From positions 352,001 to 416,000 of the forward strand of contig CAVXTM010000018.1 in NCBI GenBank assembly GCA_963764725.1: 64,000 nucleotides of DNA, given 5' to 3'. The notes under the pieces are model-generated. The model had not been told where the DNA came from, searched no databases, and saw only the letters and a list, made by a program, of their open reading frames with translations. The position numbers and the translations under genes were made by a program. This document shows positions 1 through 9,321 of the stretch, one piece after another; within the stretch, counting starts at the first letter, position 1, and each line of letters opens with the position of its first letter. This stretch comes from an uncultured Gammaproteobacteria bacterium. GTDB taxonomy: Bacteria > Pseudomonadota > Gammaproteobacteria > JACCXJ01.

Positions 1-690
1 GTTGTTGGCGAGGTCGGCATTTGCGACGGTTCCGTCTTGGATCTTGGCGCTGTTGACAGCGTTGTTCGCAAGGTCGGCGTTGGCAACGGTTCCGTCTTGG
101 ATCAGCGCGCTCGTTATGGCGTTGTTGGCGATCTTCGCGGTCGTGATGGCGCCGTTGGCAATGTCGGCGGTGGCAACGGTGCCGTCCTGGATCTTAGCGC
201 TGTTGACGGCGTCGTTCGCAATGTCGGCGTTGGCAACGGTTCCGTCTTGGATTTTAGCGCTGTTGACGGCGTCGTTGGCGAGGTCGGCGTTGGCAACGGT
301 TCCGTCCAAGATCAGCGCGCTCGTTATGGCGTTGTTGGCGATCTTCGCGGTCGTGATGGCGCCGTTGGCAATGTCGGCGTTGGCAACGGTTCCGTCTTGG
401 ATTTTAGCGCTGTTGACGGCGTTGTTGGCGAGGTCGGCATTTGCAACGGTTCCGTCTTGGATCTTGGCGCTGTTGACGGCGTTGTTGGCGAGGTCGGCGT
501 TTGCAACGGTTCCGTCCAAGATCAGCGCGCTGGTTATGGCGTTGTTAGCGATCTTGGCCGTCGTTACGGCGCCATTGGCAATCTTCGCGGTGGTGACAGC
601 ATTGTCTGCAATCAGGGCTGTTGTGACGGCGGTGTTGGCGATCTTCGCGGTCGTGATGGCGCCGTTAGCGATGTTGCCGGTCGTGATCTC
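1..690. repeat. Coding tandem repeat with 30-nt units and a 210-nt higher-order period
   Basis: atcagcgcgc recurs at 101, 311 and 521; ggcaacggttccgtcttgg-type units recur throughout. Confidence 0.9.
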
Positions 691-876
691 GAGGGGTTGA
701 ATGGTGCCCGTTCCGCAGGGCGGCACGGCGCATCCCACGATGACGACGGCCTGGGCACTCGTCGGAAAAATTAAAGCGGCCAAAAGAAAAACCCCGGCGG
801 CAGCGATGAGCCCGCCGGCCCGAACGATACCCATCACTCCAAGCAAGCGCGCTCTCCCAACGGAGCAGATTGACAT
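1..876 (-). CDS. Secreted decapeptide-repeat protein, 3' end outside window; possible fibre or beta-solenoid
   Basis: Minus-strand frame is open from ATG 876 (alternative ATG 834) to the window edge, so it is absent from the ORF track. Signal-peptide-like ...VFLLAALIFPTSAQA is followed by units such as AITTAKIANN / AITSALILDG / TVANADLANN / AVNSAKIQDG. Confidence 0.85.
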   Translation of the reverse strand, partial: MSICSVGRARLLGVMGIVRAGGLIAAAGVFLLAALIFPTSAQAVVIVGCAVPPCGTGTIQPLEITTGNIANGAITTAKIANTAVTTALIADNAVTTAKIANGAVTTAKIANNAITSALILDGTVANADLANNAVNSAKIQDGTVANADLANNAVNSAKIQDGTVANADIANGAITTAKIANNAITSALILDGTVANADLANDAVNSAKIQDGTVANADIANDAVNSAKIQDGTVATADIANGAITTAKIANNAITSALIQDGTVANADLANNAVNSAKIQDGTVANADLANN

Positions 877-1213
877 GCCTTAGTTCCCGCGCGACACCGC
901 ATACTTGGATGCATGAGATAACAGGCTTAAAGCTGTGCGGGGCGCTAGAACGGATCCGTGTGAGCGTAGTCTGGCTTCGCCCGAATCGGTAGTGTTCAAG
1001 ACAAGGCCGTTAGGAGCCGCGCCGGATGTCAGAAAGGCGTCGTAATCTCGATAGACCGAATGCAGTGCTTCGAATCCTACGCCGTCCCTATCGTTCGCCT
1101 GCTGAAGCTTCAGATACTCGATAGTCAACGAGTTAGCCCCTCTGTAGGTTTCCCCCAAACAGCTCGAATGTGTCCCCCACCTTGCCAAACTAGCCGACAC
1201 CAGCCCGTCACTG

Positions 1214-1229
1214 TGCAAGCGTCATGCCT
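1214..1229 (-). promoter_or_regulatory. Candidate sigma-54 (-24/-12) promoter upstream of the repeat-protein gene
   Basis: Minus strand AGGCATGACGCTTGCA is GG-N10-GC, close to TGGCAC-N5-TTGCA. An adjacent hairpin AGCAACG...CGTTGCT lies at 1230-1250. Confidence 0.45.
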
Positions 1230-1273
1230 AGCAACGAGAAACCCGTTGCTCGTGCGTAGTGTCATTTCTTACT

Positions 1274-2710
1274 CTACTCGGCGATAACGCGCAATCGCAG
1301 GCTATTGGCCATGGCGATGATCGCCCGGACCAGTGCCTCATCGCTCGCGTCCGTTTCAAGATCGCGCACAAAGGACTGGTCAATCTTGAGCGCGGTCAGC
1401 GGAAAGCGCTTGAGATAGCTCAAGGACGAGTAGCCGGTGCCGAAGTCATCGACGGCCAGATCTACCCCGAGTTGGGCGATCGCTGTCAGCGTCTGCAGTG
1501 TTCGTTCCTGCACCAACGCACTTTCGGTGAACTCCAGCCCGAGGTACTCGGGCGCTAGACCGTGTGCGCTGAGCCGTTCGAGAACCGTGCGCGGGAACGC
1601 CGGATCCGTGAGCTGATAGGCCGATACATTGACGCTGATGCGCGGCACCGTCAGCCCCGTCGCGCCCCAGTCCTTCATATGCGCTAGCACCTGATCGAGC
1701 ACCCAGCGGCCGATCGCCTGGATCTGGCCGCTCTCCTCGGCGACCGGAATGAATTCCGCCGGCGAGATCCATCCGCGCTCGGGGTGCCGCCAGCGGATGA
1801 GCGCCTCGGCGCCGATGATCTGTCCGCGTCGCATTCGCACCTGCGGCTGATAATGCACCGCCAGTTCCGAGCGGCGCAGGTCGTTCTCCAGAATTAAGCG
1901 CTAGCGCGCGGCCGCGTGCATGGTTTCGGTAAAGAACTGGTAGGTGTTCCGGCCACGACCCTTTGATTGGTACATGGCGGTGTCGGCATGCTTGATAAGA
2001 TCGACGACATTGGTTCCATCCCAGGGGTGGAGGGCCACCCGATGCTGGTCGAGACCTCGATTTCCTGCCCTTCGACCATCACGGGTCTCGTCAGGGCCTC
2101 TCGGACCTTTTCAATGACGACCGCCGCGGCATGGGCGGCCGCCTGCCGCTCGCCCGGGAGATCCGGTACCAGGATGATGAACTCATCGCCCCCCCAGCGC
2201 GCTCCGGTGTCGCTCTCGCGCAGGCACCGGGGGAGGCGCGCGGCGATTTCGGCAGGAGCCCATCCCCGGCCGGATGCCCCAGGAATCATTGACCGCCTGA
2301 GCGCGCGGTTGGGAAGCCGGGTGAGCCCATCGTAGAACGCTAGCTCATGCATCGCGCCTTCGAGGCCCTGCTGGCGGCACGGGACTCTGTTTCTTTCAGC
2401 GCCCGCGCTATCGCCGGCACCAGCCGGAAGAGCTGTCGCTTGAGCACATAATCGGTGGCGCCGGCCTTCAGGGACTCGATCGCGACCTCTTCGCCCACGG
2501 TCCCGGAGACATAGATGAAAGGCAGGTCGGGGCAGCGCCCGCGGGCATAGGCAAGGGCAGGCCGCCCGTGTCCAGCGCCGCGGCGAACTCGGCCTGGGTC
2601 TCGACGCGGGTGAGCTCGCAGGCGATGGCCGCTTCCTCCAAGAGCGCCTGTACCAGCTCCGCGTCCGCATCGCTGTCCTCCAGATAGAGCACCCGGATAG
2701 GCGTCACTTC
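1274..2710 (-). pseudogene. Frameshifted and truncated REC-GGDEF-EAL c-di-GMP signalling gene
   Basis: Fragments lie in different frames: REC (IRVLYLEDSDADAEL), GGDEF (AFYDGLTRLPNR...ARWGGDEFIIL) and EAL (HYQPQ...GAEALIRW...[13 protein letters not shown]). The EAL part stops at VIAE. Confidence 0.85.
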
Positions 2711-2749
2711 CGTATCACCGGTCGCGCCACCGAGGCGGCGGAGCATGGC
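2710..2749. repeat. 40-bp direct repeat, copy A, of cobS-internal sequence
   Basis: ccgtatcaccggtcgcgccaccgaggcggcggagcatggc is 39/40 identical to 9381-9420; both encode MLRRLGGATGDT on the minus strand. Confidence 0.95.
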
Positions 2750-2933
2750 AGCTTTTTTGTGAATCTACTGTAGAAAGGTGGAGAACATGAATCAGGAGTC
2801 ACAACTCGACGAGCGCCTTTAAGGGTCCTGCCATCACGTTCACGAGCTTCGCCCCGGGTGCCCGTGCAAACTCCGCTCCTCGCGCGGCTCGCGCCTGGTC
2901 TGAGCCACCTAGCCACTATTGTAAGAAGGCTTC

Positions 2934-3380
2934 TTACTTGCGCGGGGCATGGTATTCGAACGACCAGGCGCGACGGCTGAGCGGTGTATGCCTCGAGCCT
3001 AATGCTAATGCTGTGGCGCTTGCCTGTCTCGCTGTATGCATCGCACAGCGCAGGATCTGCAGGCCATCTGGCGTTCTTTCCACGGCACAGACTACCGGAG
3101 GCGACGATATGCATTCTAAGTCTTCGCGGTCGCAATGCATCAATAGGGTCAGGGGCAGATGCGGGGCCATCGCTTTTATCTGTCGCGCGATGTTTCCTAC
3201 TTCCCCACAGGAACCTCTTTTCTCCACGAGCACCCACTGATAATCGGTGGTCGAAGAACACAAGTTTTGAAGTGCCTCGGTGCTGTCAACACAATAAGTC
3301 AACGTGTGTTCTCCGCGACCAGCCAAACTCGCACATAGCGACGCCGTGTCCTGCCCGTCGCCGATCACCATCAATCTCAT
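2934..3380 (-). CDS. Pseudo-receiver (REC-like) protein translationally coupled to luxI
   Basis: ATG 3380 overlaps the luxI TGA (ATGA). MRLMVIGDG...YQWVLVEK...NIARQIKAMAPHLPLTLL follows the receiver fold pattern, with Glu at the phospho-Asp position. Confidence 0.6.
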   Translation of the reverse strand: MRLMVIGDGQDTASLCASLAGRGEHTLTYCVDSTEALQNLCSSTTDYQWVLVEKRGSCGEVGNIARQIKAMAPHLPLTLLMHCDREDLECISSPPVVCAVERTPDGLQILRCAMHTARQASATALALGSRHTPLSRRAWSFEYHAPRK

Positions 3381-4000
3381 GCTGCTGCCCTCCTCTCCTG
3401 CGTATCCAGGAGATCCTGGTTTACCCGTCGGCATTGCTCGTTGATATCGATCCAGCAAGCGACCGACAAGGTCTTTCCGATCCGCATCGCTTGGCCATCC
3501 CCAAAACGGCGCAGTGGAATTCCAACTTTGCGCAACAAACGTTCGAGCGCTACGCTTGTTACGGTAACGTATTGCCCTATACCCTGCTGTTCTGCGAAAT
3601 CGAACACTCGCTGCATCATCGTGAACGTAACCGCACCGAAGTTGACTTGGCGGCAGTCATCAGCCGCAGACGGTTTGACCGCGAAGCGGCTCAGCTCCCA
3701 AACGCGCGAACACTCCGGGGCGGGCTCCCCACGCAGCAGTTCGGGAAACGTGTCTTTTAGCATATAAGGACCGGTAGTCGGCAATAGCCGCCAGCAACCA
3801 TCTACATCCGGTGCTCTGCCGCGGGCGATCATGTAGATGGGGGATTGGTCATCGTAACGGTCCTTCTCCACTCCCTGCTGAACCTCTACCTCCCAGCCCA
3901 GGCGCTCGTAAAACACCTTATGCCTTAAGCGGAACATTGCGTGTAGTGCTTGCCTGTCCATGTGCGAATCGGTCGGATACCCCAATAGGATTTGAGACAT
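3377..4000 (-). CDS. luxI: Acyl-homoserine-lactone synthase
   Basis: Motifs RLRHKVFYERLGW, EKDRYD, GCWRLLPT, WELSRF and YVTVTS (Thr at the position associated with 3-oxo-AHLs). Confidence 0.95.
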   Translation of the reverse strand: MSQILLGYPTDSHMDRQALHAMFRLRHKVFYERLGWEVEVQQGVEKDRYDDQSPIYMIARGRAPDVDGCWRLLPTTGPYMLKDTFPELLRGEPAPECSRVWELSRFAVKPSAADDCRQVNFGAVTFTMMQRVFDFAEQQGIGQYVTVTSVALERLLRKVGIPLRRFGDGQAMRIGKTLSVACWIDINEQCRRVNQDLLDTQERRAAA

Positions 4001-4057
4001 CGGTACTTACTTCCGCTTGGTGACGGCAAGAGTAGACGACAGTACCGCCTTTTTTGT

Positions 4058-4077
4058 AACTGTAAGATCTAACAGGC
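4058..4077 (-). promoter_or_regulatory. lux box upstream of luxI
   Basis: AACTGTAAGATCTAACAGGC matches the V. fischeri lux box ACCTGTAGGATCGTACAGGT at 15/20 and lies ~60-77 bp upstream of the luxI ATG. Confidence 0.8.
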
Positions 4078-4375
4078 GGTGCTAACACCTCGTAATAATT
4101 TCGGGGTAACGGCGAGCGAGTGTGGTTTCCTACAACAGCACAGCCGAATGTGGAGAGTGCTCGCGAGATGGAGTGGCGGTGACATACCGCAATCTGAAGG
4201 AGTCGGGCGATACGCGGGAGAGGCGCGCTTATTATGAATACATGCGTGCCCCTTGGTTCGAAGCGGAAACCGCCGATTCAAAATACGGCTCGTTTGAGGA
4301 ATCTGTGGGTAGTTTAGCGGGTCAGTGAGGTTGAGTTGGGACGCTTGCACGAACCGGTAGAAGCGCCGGGGCCGG

Positions 4376-4457
4376 GGGGAGCACAGCGCTAGCTCCATTC
4401 GACGCTCACTTTCCGGATACGGGGTGGTAGGAGATGCGGTTGTTCTTCAACCCCGGC
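4376..4457 (+). pseudogene. Short relic of a fadL-like 5' region
   Basis: ggggagcacagcgct...ccggatacggggtggtag...gttcttcaaccccggc is a degenerate copy of 5837-5926. Confidence 0.8.
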
Positions 4458-4732
4458 TTTGGATGCTCCAATAAAGCCCAGATTTTTGTGCGCCTTGCAC
4501 CATGACCCGCTTGCCCTCCTTGGCACGCTTGCCGAGGCTCCTGCTCATTTTGGCTTACTCCCCCAATACTGGCTCGGGCGTTCCGTTCAACCGACAGAAG
4601 CTTGCTACCGGCGCCTGAATAAAGGAGAATTTTCGCGCAAGTGAGCCAATAGAAAAAGCCGTTTCGAAGCATTAACGGTCCCGAGGATCGCCCGGGGGGT
4701 CAGGATGGTGTTCAATATGCGATAGCCCGCCT

Positions 4733-5730
4733 ATGACTACGGGGAAACTGACCAAGAACAGGTTCTGTGCGATGCTAGTCTTCGTGGTTCCTGGACAATT
4801 GCAGGGCGCCGGATTCGCTGTGTTCACGCAGGGAGCCGGCGCACTGGGGGAAGGACTTGCGACCGCGGCGCATGGGGGCAACCCGAAGGTCATCTTTTAC
4901 AATCCCGCGCTCATCAACCGAATCAACGGCACTCAGATCGAAAATGGTGTGACGTTCATTGCGCCGATGCACGCCTTTCACAGCAATCGGGTCAATACCA
5001 CAGCGGAAACGGAAGGCGAGGTATTTCCTCCGACGCTCTATCTGACGCACAAACACAACGAGAAAGTTTCCCTAGGTGTCGGCATCTTTAGCCCCCTTCG
5101 GACTGAGTACGGAGTGGGGAGCGGGTTGGGAAGGTCGCTACATCACGACCAGGTCGGAATTGCGCACGCTGAATTTCAATCCGGTGGCTTCTTTTCAACT
5201 TACCCCATCCACCTCATTCGCCGCGGGCCCGGATTTCCTGCTGGTTGATGCCACACTGGAAAACAAGCTGAATTTCTCTGCCTTGGGACTGCCGGACGGC
5301 AACCAGAAGTTCTCCGGCAATGGATTCGGAGTGGGGTCTAATCTCGGGCTCTCTTCTGAACTGACCCAGACTATCGCCTTCGGTGTTTCCTACCGAAGCG
5401 AGATCGAGGTTGACATCAACGGGGATGCCTAGTTTGATCTTCCAACAGCGGTTTTGAGCCCAGCGTTTCCTAATACAGATGGACAAACCGAGATCACATT
5501 TCCCCAGCAGCTCGATGCTGCGGTGGCCTACAGCGGCATCGACCGGCTGACCCTGGAGGCAGGAGTGCGATGGGAAGGCTGGTCAAGCTTTGAGAAGCAG
5601 CAGCCAGTGAATGGCGTTACCACATCTGTTTCGCCGAGGGATTGGCACGACACGCTGACGCTCACGACCGGACAGCTCAACGACCGGATTGCTCTGCTGG
5701 CAGGATTTGTGTGGGGCGAGGACCCCCGAT
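4733..5730 (+). pseudogene. Frameshifted, truncated FadL/OmpP1-family outer-membrane transporter
   Basis: Consecutive fragments: AGFAVFTQGA...IFYNPA; PFGLSTEW...RYITTRSELRTLNFNP...GVSYRSEI; FPQQL...VRWEGWSSF...DWHDT. There is a frameshift near 5095 and a premature TAG at 5430-5432. Confidence 0.8.
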
Positions 5731-5755
5731 GTCCAAGGACGTATCCGAGGTTTTC

Positions 5756-7060
5756 GTGCTAGAGTATAGTCGGTTTGTTGTTTTTGTCACCCTGATCCTT
5801 GGGTTTAGTGCTGCCTACGGGGGCGGGTTTCAACTCGGGGAGCACAGCGCTAACGCCATTGGACGCTCGCTTGCCGGATACGGGGTGGTAGGGGATGACG
5901 CTTCGGCGGTGTTCTTCAACCCCGGCGGCTTGGTGTTGTTGGACCGGCCTACGGTTCAGAACGGTCTCTTCTACATCACCAGCCGCTTCGAGTTCGAAAA
6001 CCAGGGCTCCAGGCAGTCTCTCGCGGGTCTCTCGGCACCCAGCCGGGGTATCGACGATGACGGGGGAAGAGACGGCCTGGCGCCGAGCCTATATGCTTTG
6101 GCCCCACTCGGGGAACATGCGCGCGTCGCTCTCGGCATTACCGCCCCCTTCGGCTTGGTCACGGATTACGATGCCGACTGGGTAGGCCGTTATCACGCGC
6201 TGCGTTCAGAGCTCAAGACCATAGACATCAACCCCTCTTTCGCTTACCGGGTGTCCAGGCAACTCTCTCTGGGTGCGGGGGTGAGCGTGCAGTACGCGGA
6301 TGCCACGCTGAGCCGGGCGGTATTTGTGTTCGACCCCGCAAGCGGCAACCAGCTTGCGGATGGGTTAGCGCGCGTGGAGGGGGACGACTGGAGCGTGGGT
6401 TACGATCTGGGGCTAATGTTCGAATGGGACCAACACACCCGCTTTGGGGCCGGTTACCGCTCTAAAGTAGATCACACCTTAAGGGGAACACGTAACCTTG
6501 AAGGCGTGCCCGGACAACCCAGCGTGATAGCGGGCGAGGCCGAGCTGAACCTCCCAGACACCTTGTATCTCGGTGCCTATCGACGCTTGAACGAGCGCTT
6601 GGCGCTCACGGGTGGGGCGCGCTGGACGCATTGGAGCCGATTCCAAGAAACGCGGATCCGTTTTGTCGATGGCGGTCCCGACGAGGTCACGGTGCAGAAC
6701 TGGGAAGATAGCTGGACCTTTAGTGTTGGTTTGGATTACGTCTGTTACCCGCATTGGACTCTACGCGCGGGCTATGGCTACGACCAAACTCCGGTCCCTA
6801 GTGCGCGCTTTCGCACCCCGCGTATTCCCGATAATGACAGGCATTGGTTAAGCGTGGGCGCGAGCTATCGTCCCAACGAAACCTGGAATTTCAGTTTTGG
6901 TTATTCACATGTCTTCGTCGATTCAGCAAGGATCGAGAACACCATTGACTTGGTGCCCGCGAATATCGCACCGAGCGGCAGTTTTACCGACACCTTGATC
7001 GGCGAATACGACACACCCGGGTCCGATTCGATCGGTGCTCAGCTTGTTTACGCTTTTTGA
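5756..7060 (+). CDS. fadL: FadL/OmpP1/TodX-family outer-membrane hydrophobic-compound transporter
   Basis: Signal peptide then GGFQLGEHSA...DDASAVFFNPG, PFGLVTDY, RTPRIPDNDRHW and a terminal Phe. Start is GTG 5756 or ATG 5729. Confidence 0.9.
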   Translation: MLEYSRFVVFVTLILGFSAAYGGGFQLGEHSANAIGRSLAGYGVVGDDASAVFFNPGGLVLLDRPTVQNGLFYITSRFEFENQGSRQSLAGLSAPSRGIDDDGGRDGLAPSLYALAPLGEHARVALGITAPFGLVTDYDADWVGRYHALRSELKTIDINPSFAYRVSRQLSLGAGVSVQYADATLSRAVFVFDPASGNQLADGLARVEGDDWSVGYDLGLMFEWDQHTRFGAGYRSKVDHTLRGTRNLEGVPGQPSVIAGEAELNLPDTLYLGAYRRLNERLALTGGARWTHWSRFQETRIRFVDGGPDEVTVQNWEDSWTFSVGLDYVCYPHWTLRAGYGYDQTPVPSARFRTPRIPDNDRHWLSVGASYRPNETWNFSFGYSHVFVDSARIENTIDLVPANIAPSGSFTDTLIGEYDTPGSDSIGAQLVYAF

Positions 7061-7302
7061 GGCGGTAAGCAACCCCTCGTGAAATCGCAGGCGGTTAAAT
7101 TTTCGCGCAGCGAGAGGAACTCATCCAGCCCTACGATCGCTCTGATCTCGTCGAAATCCACCATCTGCCCCGCCAGCGATCGTGTGTGCCCGTCCCGTGC
7201 GAAGACTTGTGCCATGTCACGCATGGCCTTGGCCGTCAACAGCAAGGAATCGATCGGCGCGACTACCATCTTAAAGCCCAGCCCATCCAAATCGAGACGC
7301 AA
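7048..7302 (-). pseudogene. C-terminal fragment of an isocitrate lyase/PEP mutase family enzyme
   Basis: LGFKMVVAPIDSLLLTAKAM...DGHT...MVDFDEIRAIVGLDEF resembles the PrpB/PEPM C-terminus. No N-terminal part is present. Confidence 0.55.
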
Positions 7303-7378
7303 TCGTCGCCTGCCCGGCGAATAATTGTCTCGTTCGATGGAAGGACTGTGCTTATGTCAGTTGCGGGTTTGGCAGGTC

Positions 7379-8122
7379 TTATAACCGGGGAGATATGAGG
7401 CCCTGCGATACGGCCCTGGCGACTGCTTGTTGGCGGTTGCAAGTGGCGAGTTTGTCGCTACAGTTCTTGAGATGAAAAATCACCGTTCGCTCTGAGATGT
7501 TCAGTATTTTGGACATCTCCCAGGTCGTCTTACCCTCGGCTGTCCAGAGCAGACACTCCTTTTCGCGCTCGGTCAGCTGGATATGCGCATGTTGAAGTTT
7601 GGGGTCATCGAAGACCCGCAGTACCGCTTCATGCATATAACCGGTCATCAGATAGGCGATAGGTAACGCTTCAACGAATATTCCTTCACTATTGCGCGGG
7701 GCATGAGACGCAAGGCTTAACATGGCTGCCTCGCCTCGATCACCGTGTGCCGGGAAACTCACCCCGTTAACCAAACCAAAGTCGCGTGCCTCCATCATAA
7801 AGTCGATTATCTTAGGATTACCCGCTTGGATATCGCTCCAGACTAGCGGAGTCGTTCGACGTTTGCAGTGCGCGACGGTCGGATCGATTTGGACATACCC
7901 CTTTATGTCGTATAGTTGGCGCCATTCCTGTGGATAGCTGCTAATAACGACGAACTCAGGCCTTACTAATGAGGCGGGAAACTGCGCGGCAAAGATAAAA
8001 CTTTCGAAACCGAGTTGGCGGCAGAGAGCGGAACCGAGCGAATGAATGTCGTCAACGGACGTGGCGCGCAGCGCCATGTCAATAAGGTCACCTACTGGTG
8101 ACGAAGGCATTTTGACCTCCAA
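7379..8122 (-). CDS. luxR: LuxR-family AHL receptor (autoinducer-binding domain plus HTH)
   Basis: Conserved W-Y-DP-W-G residues (EWRQLY...IDPTV...PLVW...NG) and HTH LTEREKECLLWTAEGKTTWEMSKILNISERTVIFH. Confidence 0.95.
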   Translation of the reverse strand: MEVKMPSSPVGDLIDMALRATSVDDIHSLGSALCRQLGFESFIFAAQFPASLVRPEFVVISSYPQEWRQLYDIKGYVQIDPTVAHCKRRTTPLVWSDIQAGNPKIIDFMMEARDFGLVNGVSFPAHGDRGEAAMLSLASHAPRNSEGIFVEALPIAYLMTGYMHEAVLRVFDDPKLQHAHIQLTEREKECLLWTAEGKTTWEMSKILNISERTVIFHLKNCSDKLATCNRQQAVARAVSQGLISPRL

Positions 8123-8319
8123 ACATGATTCCTAGCTATCGTCGCTGTACCCCGACCAAGCCTAGGCTATAGAATACACAGCTCAAGAATACTGCAATTC
8201 CGTGTCAGTACCAAGTGCTTCAACAACCAAGGAACCGATTGATGGTCGAGTCTAGCTACCGCGTGTCAATCAATGTGCTGTGAGTCACGAGCCTACTGAT
8301 TTTCAGTAGTAGCGTCCTC

Positions 8320-8584
8320 TGCGGAGGCTTTCAAATCAGCAGACAAACCGTGCCGGGATCGGTCGCGCCGCCGCCGGATACGGTCTGGTCGGAGATGACG
8401 CCTCGGCTGTCTTCTATAATCCAGCGGCGTTGACTCTTCTACAAGACACACCGAGATCGAAAACACCATCAATCTGGTTTCGAGCAATCTCGCGCCTTTA
8501 GGAACCTTCACCAGTACGCTGGTCGGAGAGTACGAGTCCGCGAGCGCCGACGTTGTGGGTGCCCAATTGCGATACAGCTTTTGA
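8320..8584 (+). pseudogene. Internally deleted fadL-like relic, N-terminus fused to C-terminus
   Basis: Encodes GGFQI...AGYGLVGDDASAVFYNPAALTLL, then directly EIENTINLVSSNLAPLGTFTSTLVGEYESASADVVGAQLRYSF*. These match both ends of the 5756-7060 protein. Confidence 0.85.
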
Positions 8585-8700
8585 TCGTTACGTTCCCGCA
8601 GGGCTGCCGACCTTCGCGATTTTTGGAAAATTCCCGATTTGCCGTGCCGCCTGGACGACTCTGGCGATCTTTTAGGATACCTCCGGGGATCTGCATTTGA

Positions 8701-8747
8701 ACCTGCTAGATATGACAGGTTCGCACGGAACTCACCCGGCCTAAACT
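8701..8747 (+). promoter_or_regulatory. Second lux box with a -10 element
   Basis: ACCTGCTAGATATGACAGGT (8701-8720) has perfect ACCTG/CAGGT ends and matches the luxI box at 15/20. TAAACT at 8742-8747 places the box centre near -43. Confidence 0.7.
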
Positions 8748-9321
8748 TAGTTGGGCAGTTGCCTCCTACGTAGACGTGAAGCAGACGCGCGACGGGAGGG
8801 GAAAGTGTCGCAACCTACTCCACTCCAAGGGGAAGCAACTGCCCAACTAAGCCGAGACACAGCGGATTTTACAGATTCCCGCTGGGTCGGGATACAAGCA
8901 CATAGACTAAACGAGGCTGGCTTGTGGCGCAACGTAGACGGGACAGTCAAGAGGGGATCTTCACCAAGCTCAAATCCGGCAATCAGCTCGACTATGTACC
9001 CACCCCTACCTGGGCCATAATCAGATCTATCCGCTCTCGATGCTCTTCGCCCACAACCTCGGCTGTGCAGGTGATCGCCCATCCTCCCTCGCGCATAATG
9101 CTCGAGAAACGAACCGCTCTGTGGGGTTTCGTACGCCTGGATACCCTACGGCGTCGGCTTATCCAGCGTGTGCCGGCCGGCTGATCCGACCGCAAGGCCA
9201 GCTCACTCTCAGTCTGTCCGTAAACCCCGGCGTTGGCGACGAGCTGTTTCATTACCTGGAGGTCTCGAAAGCTGCCTGAAGTCAGCAAACTATGAAAACT
9301 TATGCAACGTTGGGGTTTATT

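Noticed and set aside
2-774. Plus-strand repetitive ORFs (2..700, 37..774) and a possible CRISPR-like periodicity
   Set aside because: These are shadows of the minus-strand repeat gene. The repeats are contiguous, codon-phased and have no unique spacers, and no cas genes are present.
880-1210. Possible c-di-GMP riboswitch in the leader next to the GGDEF/EAL relic
   Set aside because: I could not find the GEMM core pattern (GGCAAA...GAAA...GACGCAAAG); an Rfam scan would be needed.
4122-4328. Small ORF divergent from luxI as an RsaL/RsaM-like regulator
   Set aside because: No recognisable motif, HTH or convincing RBS.
7358-7379. Third lux box at the luxR 3' end (minus strand ACCTGCCAAACCCGCAAC)
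   Set aside because: Only one half-site matches; the CAG arm is missing.
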